IMG/VR virus record: IMGVR_UViG_3300020455_000892
Coordinates: 18,032-82,031 of that record
Length of the DNA: 64,000 nucleotides
Strand: one strand, 5' to 3'
From: a virus
The position numbers were made by a program, and so were the translations under genes. Each line of letters opens with the position of its first letter. The first letter of the stretch is position 1. The notes under the pieces are model-generated. The model did not search any database and was not told the origin of the DNA. It saw nothing but the letters and a program-made list of their open reading frames with translations. Below, piece after piece: positions 10,084-20,600 of this stretch.

Positions 10084-12114
10084 TTATCCTAAAAAGTATA
10101 TTGCACAGGCAGTTTCAACGCCACCTTTTACTGTGTGTCCGCCGCCTGATCCAGTCATTTTCCATTCTATATAATCACCACTGCTACACTTTAAAATACA
10201 ACTGTGAGTATGATGATAGTATGTAGCATTTGGTGAATCTTGAGGTACAAAGTCTGCAAAGTTCATACCATTACTTGCATTAGTTGCTCCGTTTATACAT
10301 GGAAAAAAGTATCGCCATACTGATCCACCGTTGTTTTCCATTTGTACACTTGTTGTACACAAATATAGTCCAGTTTCTGGACAGGTATATCTTCCATTGC
10401 CACTATCCCAAGCACTGGTGTTTCCCTTTTGATAAACCACAGTAGTTAAATTTACTTTTACCCAATTATTACCACTTGCCCAGGTCTGACTGCTGGGTAA
10501 TGTAAGACAAATACCACTTTGTCTCGGACGCAGATTGTTGCCGTTGGATTTAAGTTCAAGTGCTGGATCGTCTGTAATTTGATGTGCAAGTTTTGTTGCC
10601 GCCGGTGTAGCAGGTATTTTGAATTGCATACTACCATAACTACTCCAAAGAGTCATACGTTCATTGCCTTTGTGATCGTATTGTATTCCGCCTCTGGTAT
10701 TGTTGTCATAACCAAATGCCATACCCCATACAGTGTGATCGCCGCTAGTATCTCTGTTGTTGTTATCATGGAAAAAGTTCATGTAATGTCTTCCAAGATA
10801 AGTTGTTTCAGTAGTATACAGTTGAGCTATATCTTCTTGATATCCAGTTGAATGTCCAGTGGCAGGTTTGTTTACTGTAAATTTTGCTGATAAATTTCCA
10901 CTAGCACCAACACCAACAACACCACCATACGGATTTATTAAAAAGTCATTTGCAGTATTATCGCTTGTATCAAATGTTTGTAGACCACTTTGATTTCCTT
11001 GACCCATTGAACCCATTGAAAAGCCTTTTGTTCTTGCTTCTCTATGAGGTGATACAACTAAAGCCATATTTGCATTGCTCGCTTCTGCAACACTAACAGC
11101 GGTCCATGCCGCCGCACTATTATCTATTGTTAAACCTCTACCGCCAGTTTTTACAACTCCATCGCCATCTATTTGCAGACTCACTCTGCTGTCTGTAACA
11201 TCATAAAACTGCAATGCACCATTTATAGTCTCTCCGTCTACTATTCTCCAAGACTGTGTAGTTGATCCTGTTTTTTTAATTTCTAATCCAACAGTACTGT
11301 TTGCGTTGACTTCTGCTTTGTATAAAGTTGTACCTGCACCAGTATAGAGATGCATTTTTTGATCAGGACTAGCAGTGCCAATACCAACATTACCAGTTGA
11401 CATTAAAGTCATTACCACACTGTCATTGTCATCTTCCCAAAACTGGTATTTTCCTGCTACTCTTTCTCCAATTTCCCAATTTGTACCAGATGTAGTTGCG
11501 TCTTGTCTGATGATACTGTCCATAGATGCAGTACCCCCAAGATGAAGTTTTTGGCTTGGACTCGTTGTACCAATGCCAATTCTGTTATTAGAACTATCCA
11601 CATGTAACGTATTTGTATCCACTGTCAATCCGTTACTGACTATTGTTCCTGTAGTAGTAATGTTAAATGCTTGTCCATCTAAATTACCACCTAGCTGTGG
11701 AGTAATGTCGAGTACTAAATCTGTTGATATGCCACTAAGATTGCTTCCGTCTCCACTATAACTGGTAGCTGTTACTGTACCTGTTACACTTACATTACCA
11801 CCAAATGCACCACCTGATGCTTTGCTTACTGCATCGCCTACTTCAAATACTGCGAAACTTTTAACACTCATGACATCGCCAGTTGTTGCTCCTATTGCAA
11901 GCACAACACTGGTACCGTTTGTTGCTGTAAAGTCTGCTTCTTCTAAGCGTACACCATTCAAAAATACTTCCATATTACCAGGATTGTATTCCAGCGTTTT
12001 GCCGTCAGAATCTACACCAGTAAATGTAGTTTGATTACTGGTTGCAGTAAAATTAAATTCGTCAAAAGTATTTTCACTTACTATTGTGCTTGGAGCTTGT
12101 CCAATATATGCCAT
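10084..12114 (-). CDS. Tail fibre protein with C1q/TNF-like C-terminal tip
   Basis: GNVGIGT-x-x-P shaft repeats; C-terminal GRYTCPETGLYL...GDYIE...AIYFLG. Confidence 0.8.
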   Translation of the reverse strand: MAYIGQAPSTIVSENTFDEFNFTATSNQTTFTGVDSDGKTLEYNPGNMEVFLNGVRLEEADFTATNGTSVVLAIGATTGDVMSVKSFAVFEVGDAVSKASGGAFGGNVSVTGTVTATSYSGDGSNLSGISTDLVLDITPQLGGNLDGQAFNITTTGTIVSNGLTVDTNTLHVDSSNNRIGIGTTSPSQKLHLGGTASMDSIIRQDATTSGTNWEIGERVAGKYQFWEDDNDSVVMTLMSTGNVGIGTASPDQKMHLYTGAGTTLYKAEVNANSTVGLEIKKTGSTTQSWRIVDGETINGALQFYDVTDSRVSLQIDGDGVVKTGGRGLTIDNSAAAWTAVSVAEASNANMALVVSPHREARTKGFSMGSMGQGNQSGLQTFDTSDNTANDFLINPYGGVVGVGASGNLSAKFTVNKPATGHSTGYQEDIAQLYTTETTYLGRHYMNFFHDNNNRDTSGDHTVWGMAFGYDNNTRGGIQYDHKGNERMTLWSSYGSMQFKIPATPAATKLAHQITDDPALELKSNGNNLRPRQSGICLTLPSSQTWASGNNWVKVNLTTVVYQKGNTSAWDSGNGRYTCPETGLYLCTTSVQMENNGGSVWRYFFPCINGATNASNGMNFADFVPQDSPNATYYHHTHSCILKCSSGDYIEWKMTGSGGGHTVKGGVETACAIYFLG

Positions 12115-12137
12115 ATGTACACCTTATTTGCTATACA

Positions 12138-12145
12138 TATTTATG
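12138..12145 (-). promoter_or_regulatory. Late promoter variant CATAAATA
   Basis: Upstream of 10084-12114, within a 19-bp sequence duplicated at 7906-7924. Confidence 0.65.
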
Positions 12146-12146
12146 T

Positions 12147-12404
12147 TTAACTTGGTGCTGGAGGATCTTCTACGTCAAATGCCGCTTCTATCAATTCATC
12201 ACTAAAAATTGTTTTACAATGAGCTAAAAGTTCAGCATCAGTCATTGTTGCGATGCCTAGTTCATCAGCTTCGCCTATAACTTCTTGTGCTGATATTTTT
12301 TTGGTTACGCCATCTTTTACAAGTGTTACTCTATGTGCAATACCCAACAGATCTCCAAAGTCATCTGTTCTTTTGTTGTATGCGTATGTTTTTGTTATTG
12401 CCAT
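12147..12404 (-). CDS. Small hypothetical protein (partner gene)
   Basis: 85-aa ORF with an AAGGA SD, located between fibre genes. Confidence 0.65.
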   Translation of the reverse strand: MAITKTYAYNKRTDDFGDLLGIAHRVTLVKDGVTKKISAQEVIGEADELGIATMTDAELLAHCKTIFSDELIEAAFDVEDPPAPS

Positions 12405-12413
12405 TTTATATCC

Positions 12414-14318
12414 TTATGAATGCGACTGTATACAATTTACTTTAGTAGTTAATGAACCCGAACTGTATCTTAAGTATAATGCATACCCACTTCCTGTATA
12501 AATTCTGCTAGGTGGTGATCCAGCAATAGTCTGTTGTGCTATTATTGTAGGACTAGCATTGTATCCAAAGTAAACTAGATCACAAAACTGCCCGTTGCCA
12601 TATCCAGCTACAAATACCAATGCTCCAAAAGCACTGTTTACGACCTGTATATTTGACGTTCCTATACTTGTTCCTGAGCCACCTGTATACTGTGAAGTTT
12701 TGATCGACAGTTGATTCCCTCCATTGCCCCAAAAATTAAATGAACCACTGCCACTTGGAGTAAAATCCATACCGCCTGTTGACATTACTGCCATTTCATT
12801 ATAGGTTCCTGCACCTTGAGGATCAACTGATTTCTGAAAACTAATTTCGCCGCCAGTATAGATATCAGTTGAATTACTTGAAATTCCCAAACCACTTACC
12901 CAGCTACCGTCATTTTGTAGCACAATCTTATTCGGTCCTCGTTGAGTATCTGAATAGTCAGTATCAAAGCCAATTCTTCCATCCATAGAGGTAAAAGCTG
13001 TTGAACTGTTTGTTCCAATAGAACTATTTAAAGTAAGTGTCTGATCTGGAGCATTTGTACCAATACCAACATTGCCACCTGATAGTATAGTTAGTTTATC
13101 ACCTACTCCGTTTTCATGTATTTTAAAACTGCTAGCACTTGCCACAATCCACCATTCAGAAGTTCCATTTTTTTGAAATTCTAACTGATAATCTGTATTA
13201 GTACTATCAAGTGATAATGGATAAGCAGATGAACTGCCAACTATTCTCATTTTTCTTGCACCTGGATTATCAGTACCAATACCAACATTACCATTATTTT
13301 TAGCAACTAAAATATTATCAAAAGTTCCATGTGTGGCATTATTAGCGGCAATTCTTAGTACATTACCTGTACCAGACACCGCATTTGTGCCTTCTGTTTT
13401 AACTACTAATCCTTGATCTACATTATTATTACCACCTCCGCCAGATTGAGTAATATACATAACAGCTTCATTGCTTGCCGAAGCTATAGTTGCCATTACT
13501 TGACCAGTTGCTCTGGCTTCAAAACCTGTCGTAGCACCATCAGAAATATTTTTAGCTACTAATAAATTACCAGACGTATCAATAACTAACCTATTTGCAC
13601 CTGCATCAAAATCTACAACAGAAAAATATGAACCTGCTCTGTCTGCTCTAATTCCAAAAGTTTTATTATCATTTATTAGTTTAATATCTGTGTCTGTAGT
13701 TTGAGCACTTATTCCTACGTTTATTCCAGCTGTGGTTGTTTCAAATTTAGTAATATTATTATGTCGTAACTGCACTTGTGCATCTGCGTAAAATATAGCA
13801 TAATATTCAGCGGCATTTTTCTTAGTTAATGCTAGATTTCCGTCTGTTTGAATCCAAGTATTATGACCATTGGTGGCTCTTATAATGTTATTATTCCCGT
13901 CATGATGTATTGTAAAATCACCGTTATCACCCAGGCTAATTTTATCAGCATCACCCATTGCCAGTGTTTGTGCAGTTGAAGTATCAACTGTTATAGTTGT
14001 GCCTTGTACAGTTAGGTTACCTGTCACTGTAACGTCACCTGTAAAGGTTCCGCCAGTACTAGCACTTACTACATCTGCTAAACTAAACAAATGTTGTGAA
14101 ATAATTGTAATTTCATCATTGACAGCGGCGCCAACAGCTAGTACAACTGTGGTTCCATTGGTTGCAGTATAATCACTAGGTGCTAGCAAAATACCATTTT
14201 GATAAACGTCTACATAACCTTGTGTGTATGAAGCACTAAAAGTTGTCTGGCTGGCTGTAGCAGTAAATGTATTGAGCTGTCGTCTACCTTGTTGTAAACC
14301 TTGTCCAATATATGGCAT
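12414..14318 (-). CDS. Tail fibre protein
   Basis: N-terminal MPYIGQ/FTATASQTTF...DYTATNGTTVVL module shared with 10084-12114; GNVGIGT repeats. Confidence 0.8.
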   Translation of the reverse strand: MPYIGQGLQQGRRQLNTFTATASQTTFSASYTQGYVDVYQNGILLAPSDYTATNGTTVVLAVGAAVNDEITIISQHLFSLADVVSASTGGTFTGDVTVTGNLTVQGTTITVDTSTAQTLAMGDADKISLGDNGDFTIHHDGNNNIIRATNGHNTWIQTDGNLALTKKNAAEYYAIFYADAQVQLRHNNITKFETTTAGINVGISAQTTDTDIKLINDNKTFGIRADRAGSYFSVVDFDAGANRLVIDTSGNLLVAKNISDGATTGFEARATGQVMATIASASNEAVMYITQSGGGGNNNVDQGLVVKTEGTNAVSGTGNVLRIAANNATHGTFDNILVAKNNGNVGIGTDNPGARKMRIVGSSSAYPLSLDSTNTDYQLEFQKNGTSEWWIVASASSFKIHENGVGDKLTILSGGNVGIGTNAPDQTLTLNSSIGTNSSTAFTSMDGRIGFDTDYSDTQRGPNKIVLQNDGSWVSGLGISSNSTDIYTGGEISFQKSVDPQGAGTYNEMAVMSTGGMDFTPSGSGSFNFWGNGGNQLSIKTSQYTGGSGTSIGTSNIQVVNSAFGALVFVAGYGNGQFCDLVYFGYNASPTIIAQQTIAGSPPSRIYTGSGYALYLRYSSGSLTTKVNCIQSHS

Positions 14319-14596
14319 TAACTCTCACCTGGCGCATCTGGCACATCATTTAATCTATCTTTTGCAGTTTTTACTACACCCAAATCATATGCTTGTGTAA
14401 TTTGTGCATCTTCTCCGGTTGCAATAGCTATATCATTTGCGTTGCAATGTGCAACCAACGCTGATATAATTTGTGATTTCAGAACATTGGCTTTGTTTTT
14501 AATAATAGCATCTGCCCACACGTCCAAATCATCTGCAATATCATATTGCAAACATTTTTCTTCTGTGTCTGAGATAGTAACTGTTATATCTGGCAT
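14318..14596 (-). CDS. Small hypothetical protein, paralog of 9796-10077
   Basis: 92 aa with an AGGAG SD; follows a C1q-tipped fibre gene. Confidence 0.7.
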   Translation of the reverse strand: MPDITVTISDTEEKCLQYDIADDLDVWADAIIKNKANVLKSQIISALVAHCNANDIAIATGEDAQITQAYDLGVVKTAKDRLNDVPDAPGES

Positions 14597-14617
14597 GTTT
14601 TCTCCTATTTGTATTAT

Positions 14618-16165
14618 TTAACCTAAAAAGTATACCCAATAACCACAGTATGGCGAATATACTTGGAATGAACCAGTCCCAGCGACATATACGCCTATTT
14701 GTACATAATCAGTATCAGTCATATAGACTATAACACTATGGCTGTTCATTTTGTCATTTGTATCTCCACCATAGTTAATAATATGTCCACCAAACTGATT
14801 ACTGCCATTTTTATATACATTTGCATATCCATAAGGACTGCTGTTTGAACCTGTGGTAGCATAAATTTCTGGGTTAACCAAATACCAACCTGCTACGGGG
14901 GCGTAAAATCTACCAGCGTCATCTATTGTATTAGCACCAGAGTTTTGTTGCCATGCCGCCGGAGTGTACCAACTGCTAAAAATATTATGATTGTTACCAT
15001 TTAAAGTAATCCAAGTGTTAGAAGCAGAAACATTTCTTCTATATCCAACTGGTTGATTAGGTGTTGAAATATGACCATCTTCAGTTATTTGCATTTGCTT
15101 GGTGTAAGCACCTGTAGCACTATCTGTGTAGAACTCCATTTGACCACCATGACTTGTATCAACTTGCCTAAATCTTATACCAGAGGCATAACTAGAGTCT
15201 GCTGACGAGTACTGCCATTTTAAATCACTATACGTTCCTGCTGAGTTATTGTTATTTGTTAATAGTATGCCACCACCTGTTGCTGATGCTTCTTGTATAT
15301 GCAGTTTTGTTCCAGGATTAGCTGTACCAATACCAACATTACCACCCTCAGCCTGTAATGCAATTTGATAAGCCGCATTGGAACTGATTGTTTTACCTTG
15401 TATGTTTAGTAAAGCACCAGTTGTAGTCCCTAGCAGTAATTGTAAATTGTCTGCTGTGTTTCTAATAGAACTGGCATATTGTGCAGTCGTTCCATGATCT
15501 ACTTGTAATTTGTACCCAGAACCAGTTGTACCAATACCAACATTTCCAACACTATCAATTTTCATATGTGAAGTCATAGTAGTCAAATTATTATCTGTAG
15601 CACCAAGGTCATCGGTAGTTTGAAAAACTATTTCTCCAGATTGTTGATAAATCCTACTAGCTTTACCTGAGCCTAAATACTTAAAAGCTGAACCGTTCCA
15701 ATAAAAATTATGTCCTATTTGAGTACTCGTATCATTTCCAAGAAGCACACCTTGTTCTCCTAGTGAAATATTACCAGGAAAAGTAGAAGCACTTATATTA
15801 CTATTAGGAGTTACACCAATACCTATTCTACCACCGTCATCAATTCTCAAGCGTTCATTTGTGCCAGTGGCAAATCTCAAAGTTGATGCTCGCATACCCA
15901 TACTACGCAAGCCGTCATTTGCATCATTTGTTGCTTGAAATCCTGGTACACTACCTATTTCACCTATATTACCAGAGAATCTAATCTTTTTATTAGTACC
16001 CATGTCTATAGCAGGATCAGTAATAGGTAACTTTGTTGCTAGACTATTTGTTACTGTGGTTGCAAAGTTTGCGTCATCACCTAATGCCGCGGCAAGTTCA
16101 TCCAGTGTGTCTAGTGCCGCCGGAGCATCTGTCAACATTGTTGCTATTTGTTTTGACTTACCCAT
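14618..16165 (-). CDS. Tail fibre protein with C1q/TNF-like C-terminal tip
   Basis: APAALDTLDELAAALGDDANFATTVTNSLATK fibre motif; GNVGIGT repeats; GRFYAPVAGWYLV...TDYVQ...WVYFLG. Confidence 0.8.
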   Translation of the reverse strand: MGKSKQIATMLTDAPAALDTLDELAAALGDDANFATTVTNSLATKLPITDPAIDMGTNKKIRFSGNIGEIGSVPGFQATNDANDGLRSMGMRASTLRFATGTNERLRIDDGGRIGIGVTPNSNISASTFPGNISLGEQGVLLGNDTSTQIGHNFYWNGSAFKYLGSGKASRIYQQSGEIVFQTTDDLGATDNNLTTMTSHMKIDSVGNVGIGTTGSGYKLQVDHGTTAQYASSIRNTADNLQLLLGTTTGALLNIQGKTISSNAAYQIALQAEGGNVGIGTANPGTKLHIQEASATGGGILLTNNNNSAGTYSDLKWQYSSADSSYASGIRFRQVDTSHGGQMEFYTDSATGAYTKQMQITEDGHISTPNQPVGYRRNVSASNTWITLNGNNHNIFSSWYTPAAWQQNSGANTIDDAGRFYAPVAGWYLVNPEIYATTGSNSSPYGYANVYKNGSNQFGGHIINYGGDTNDKMNSHSVIVYMTDTDYVQIGVYVAGTGSFQVYSPYCGYWVYFLG

Positions 16166-16473
16166 TACGTCTGCTCTAGTACACTTATTATAGCATCACA
16201 GCTACTAGCAGTGTCACTGGTTACTACAATAGTATCAGCGGCTTCTGCAATAATTTTTCCTTCTAGTACACTTAATGCACCACCACTCGGTATAGGTGCA
16301 TCTTTAACAATGTATGTCGTTCCTAGTTGAGCACTAACTGTAATTTGTGATGCTGTTGTATTTGCTAAGTTAACTCCTATTAGTATAGAAGTTGTTGCAC
16401 TTGCTACTGTGTAAACAGTTGTTGGTGATGTTCCTATGCTAGCTGATGTATAATTTTTAAATGTTTGTGCCAT
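16165..16473 (-). CDS. Small virion structural protein
   Basis: MAQTFKN...TTVYTV...LAN...IVKDAPIPSGGAL; compact all-beta composition. Confidence 0.65.
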   Translation of the reverse strand: MAQTFKNYTSASIGTSPTTVYTVASATTSILIGVNLANTTASQITVSAQLGTTYIVKDAPIPSGGALSVLEGKIIAEAADTIVVTSDTASSCDAIISVLEQT

Positions 16474-16476
16474 ATT

Positions 16477-17610
16477 CTATCCTAACGCTATTGCCAATGC
16501 AGTTGCTTCAGCAATAATATCTGTAAATTCCTTGTCGTCTAATTTGTCAGCGTTCAAGTTGCTGACCATTGTTGTACTTGTTACTGTTAATGGTGCAGTA
16601 CCTGTTGCTATTGTACTTATTAGTGTTTCACTTGTTGTACTTCCTGTGACTGCTACACCAGTACTAGTTGTTGCAATTTTCTTAGAACCATAATGATATA
16701 ATTCAGTTGCACCAGTTGAACCGTCTGCTATAATGTAGTTTGCTATACCACCACTGCCGTCATCTGAACTGATTGCAATAACTTCGTCATTGTCATAAGT
16801 TCTAATATCAATGCCACCAGTAGTACTGAAAAGTAGTAACTTGCCACTAGCACCAGTGTGTTCTAACTTGCCTCTTTCACCTGTGCCTAATGCAATTTTA
16901 TTATTGTCGGCCATTTCTATATTAAAGCCGTTTGATTCTAAATCGCCACCTAGCTGTGGACTTGTATCATCTACTACATCAGCAATACCACTTGATTGTG
17001 CCACCCATGCATAATCTGAACCATTCCAACTTAATACATATCCTGATGTTGGATTGCTTTGATTTAAATGTGTGTCAACTCTTGCATCTGTGTAATATAA
17101 ATTAGTACCTTCTGATAAATCTGATGTTGACTTTGCACTTAATCTTGTGTCAAATCTTGCATCTGTATAATATAGATTTGTTGTTCCTTCGCTCAATGAG
17201 TCTGTGTCGTGATTGCTTATATCACTTACTGTGCCTGTAATATTTCCTGTAACATTTCCTACTATATTACCAGAAAGATCCTTGTTGATTGCCCAACGAT
17301 CATTTGTACTATCATATGTAAGTGTTGCTCCAGCTCCGTCTACCGTAAGTCCAGCTCCGTCGGCGGCTCCTGCATTTGCCGCTCCTTTGGCTACTGTAAT
17401 GTTGAGATCTGCTACATCAAGTGTTGCACTGTTGACAGTAGTTGTTGTGCCGTTTACTTGTAGGCTACCTTTTATTTCAACAGTACCGGTATCATCACCA
17501 ACACCTGCTGGATCAATTACCAAGTTACTTGGACCTGCTAAGTATCCGCCTACAGTAATATGCCCTGCCATTTGGGCATTGCTTTTAATCATAAAATCTT
17601 TTAATGCCAT
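16477..17610 (-). CDS. Tail fibre/virion structural protein
   Basis: LSEGTNLYYTDARVD repeats, DDTSPQLGG motif and C-terminal ATALAIALG. Confidence 0.75.
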   Translation of the reverse strand: MALKDFMIKSNAQMAGHITVGGYLAGPSNLVIDPAGVGDDTGTVEIKGSLQVNGTTTTVNSATLDVADLNITVAKGAANAGAADGAGLTVDGAGATLTYDSTNDRWAINKDLSGNIVGNVTGNITGTVSDISNHDTDSLSEGTTNLYYTDARFDTRLSAKSTSDLSEGTNLYYTDARVDTHLNQSNPTSGYVLSWNGSDYAWVAQSSGIADVVDDTSPQLGGDLESNGFNIEMADNNKIALGTGERGKLEHTGASGKLLLFSTTGGIDIRTYDNDEVIAISSDDGSGGIANYIIADGSTGATELYHYGSKKIATTSTGVAVTGSTTSETLISTIATGTAPLTVTSTTMVSNLNADKLDDKEFTDIIAEATALAIALG

Positions 17611-17611
17611 A

Positions 17612-20600
17612 TTACACCAACATACTTTGTCTAATTACTTTATATTGTGTGCTATTAGTACTAGCACCGGTTGCTAATAATCTAGCATTGCCACTGTTTG
17701 TATCTGCATCTAGTGTAAACAATTCTGCACTACCTGTCATTACAATACCATAAACACTGACATATGCAGTGGAGCCATCATGTACCAGTAATGCTTCTGT
17801 TATTTGATATTCGCTACTGACTGTATCAGTAGCTTGGATTACATATTTGCAACTTCTAAATTTTGTAAGTGCAAAAGTGTCTATTGCCGTCTGAGTTGTT
17901 GTTGCGAGAGTGGTTGCGGCTGTTTCGAGTGTGCTTACACCATTAATACGGATGGCTCCATCTACATGTAGTTTTTCCAACGGATTTGTCTGACCGATGC
18001 CAACATTACCTGTAGTGTCTGGCATGATCTCAATGTCTCTGCCACTACTGCTTACAATTTGATGTGTTATTACATCTAAGTTGCCACCTAGTTCTGGACT
18101 AGTGTCTTCGTTAACATTTTGCATGCCACTGCCACTTAGGTTTTGTACACTGGTAAACACCAGTTGTCCACTACCGTTAGTTGCTAGTACTTGGTCTATA
18201 TTTCCATCTGCTGTTGGATAATTAATACCACTGATTTGTACTTTACCAGTACCATCAGGTTGAATAACAATATTACCACTATTAGTACTAGTAATTGTTT
18301 TATTGTTAACTACTAAGTTACCACCTAATTGAGGAGTTGTATCGTTTACAAGATCAGCTCTAGCTTGTGTAAAGTATAAGTTTGTGCTACCTTCTGGTAA
18401 ATCATCTGTGCTAACTTGATTTGTACCTGTACCGAAATCAATGTGTGTATCATTTATACTGTTTGCTGTTGGACTAAAAGTTGGAGTAACTGTGCTTACT
18501 CCAGTAACATGTCCTTCTGCATCAACAGTTACTATTGGTATAAGTGTAGCTGATCCATAAGCGCCTGCACTAACACCACTATTTCCACTATGTACATTAG
18601 CACCATTTATTTGTGTTGCGCCGGTTGTGTAATCTATTGTAAACTTGTTTAAGCTAGCTCCAAAAGCAAAATTACCAGTTGCGCCAATTTGCATACGCTG
18701 TGTGCCAGCAGTAAAGAAATCCATTTCATCATTGTCACTGGTACCTGTTTCAAATTCAATTTTTGTATCACCGTCGCCGTCTTGTGTTGCACCAGCACCT
18801 TCAACTGCTAGTTTTTTCCATACAGTATTAGTACCATCATAGTACTCCATTTTTTGGTCATCTGTATTGTACCTAAAAATACCTTGCACAGGAGTTGGTC
18901 GTTGTGCAGTTGTTCCAGTTGGCCCTTGTATACCTCCTGTACCTACTGCACCGAATACATTACCTGTCCAGTATAATGCGTTTGATCCAATTAATTCACC
19001 GCTTATAGCTGTGTAAGGAATCTGTGTAGAACTTAAATTTTGTGCTTTTAAACTAGTTGCTTCTAAGTTACCTGCATTATCAATACTAATTAATGTGTGG
19101 TTTGACAACCCTAATTGTGGAAGTGTAATAGCAACTATCTCACCAGTAACAATAATATCAATCTGATCACCATTCTGAGGAGTTGATAAAAATGTGATTA
19201 CACCACTTGACTCAGTATAGTCATTTGTTTTTTGCATCAACACACCGTTTAAAAACACCATGCTTACAGTACCATCACCTGCAACAGGATCAAATACTGT
19301 AGTTGATCCATTAGCTGTAAAGTTTACTGGAATAAAACCTGTGTCAGCACCACTAACAACAGATACCCATTCGCCGCCTGTATATACATAAAGTTCAGCT
19401 GTAGTACCTGTATCAAACCAAAGGTCACCAGCATTAACACCTACAGTAGGTGCATTGTTTTGATAGTATGCTGTTCCGCTTCCGCTAGCAATAGTTTGGA
19501 ATGTTGCAACTCCATTTGCATCTAATACCGGTACTTGTCCTGTTGTTCCTCGTACAGTTGGTAATTTATAGAATGTTGAACTGCTGGAATCACCAATAAT
19601 AAAATCACCATTGGCATCTATCATTGCTCTTTCTGTGCCAGCTGTAGTGAATCTTATTTTGTCTTCATCAGCTGAAGCTTCTACTTTAATATGTGTGTCT
19701 GCATCTTGGTCTGTGATTGCATCACCAGAACCTCCACCACCACCGCCTGTGATAGTTATAGTTTTGGTTGCGCCTGTACCTGTTGCTGTAACACCAGGCC
19801 CTACAAAATTAAGTGTAGTAGCGGCTGTGGTTAAATTTGTACCTTCGTCTTGTACTGTAATTTGACCACCAACAGTTCCCCAACTGTAATCTGCACCATC
19901 ATAAATTAATGCTTGACCAGTTGTTGCTGTGCTTAGATTTAAGTGTGCGTCAACATCACTATCGCCATATTGAGCTACACCTGTAATTGTAATTTCATCT
20001 GTAGTAGCATCTGTGGTAATTGTAATACCTGTTCCTGCTACTAGTGTTAGTGTGTCAGTACTGCTATCTGCTTCTACTGTAGTTTGTCCACTTACTGCAA
20101 TCTTATCAAATACATTTTGTGAACCACCAGAAACAGAAAATATAACTCTGTCGTTGATGTCATCAGTTGTAAGAGTCATACCAGGACCAGCAACAAATGT
20201 TAATGTGTCTGCTACGTTATCAGCATGGATAGTATTTTGTCCACTTATAGCAATTTTATCAAACAAGTTCTGTGCAGATCCACCTCCACCTCCTACAGTT
20301 TGAATAGTAATTTCATCTGTATTAGGATTAGTTGTAATCGAAATACCAGTGCCACCTACAAGTGTTAGTGTATCAGTACTGCTATCTGCAACAACATCTG
20401 ATTGTCCACTTACTGAAATAGTTTTGAATGTTTCAGTAACTTGTGAATTTTCTATTGTTATTTCATCTGTAGTTGCATCTGTACTAATTGTAATACCTGT
20501 GCCAGCTACAAGCGTGAGTATATCTTCTGCTTGATCTGCTACTATGCTGTCTTGTCCAGTTACTGAAATAGTTTTAAATGCTTCATTAACTGGAGGTGTT

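Noticed and set aside
766-17610. Diversity-generating retroelement or invertase-driven switching of fibre tips
   Set aside because: No reverse transcriptase or recombinase is in the window, all fibre genes are co-oriented, and no adenine-variant TR/VR pair was noticed by eye. The search was not exhaustive.
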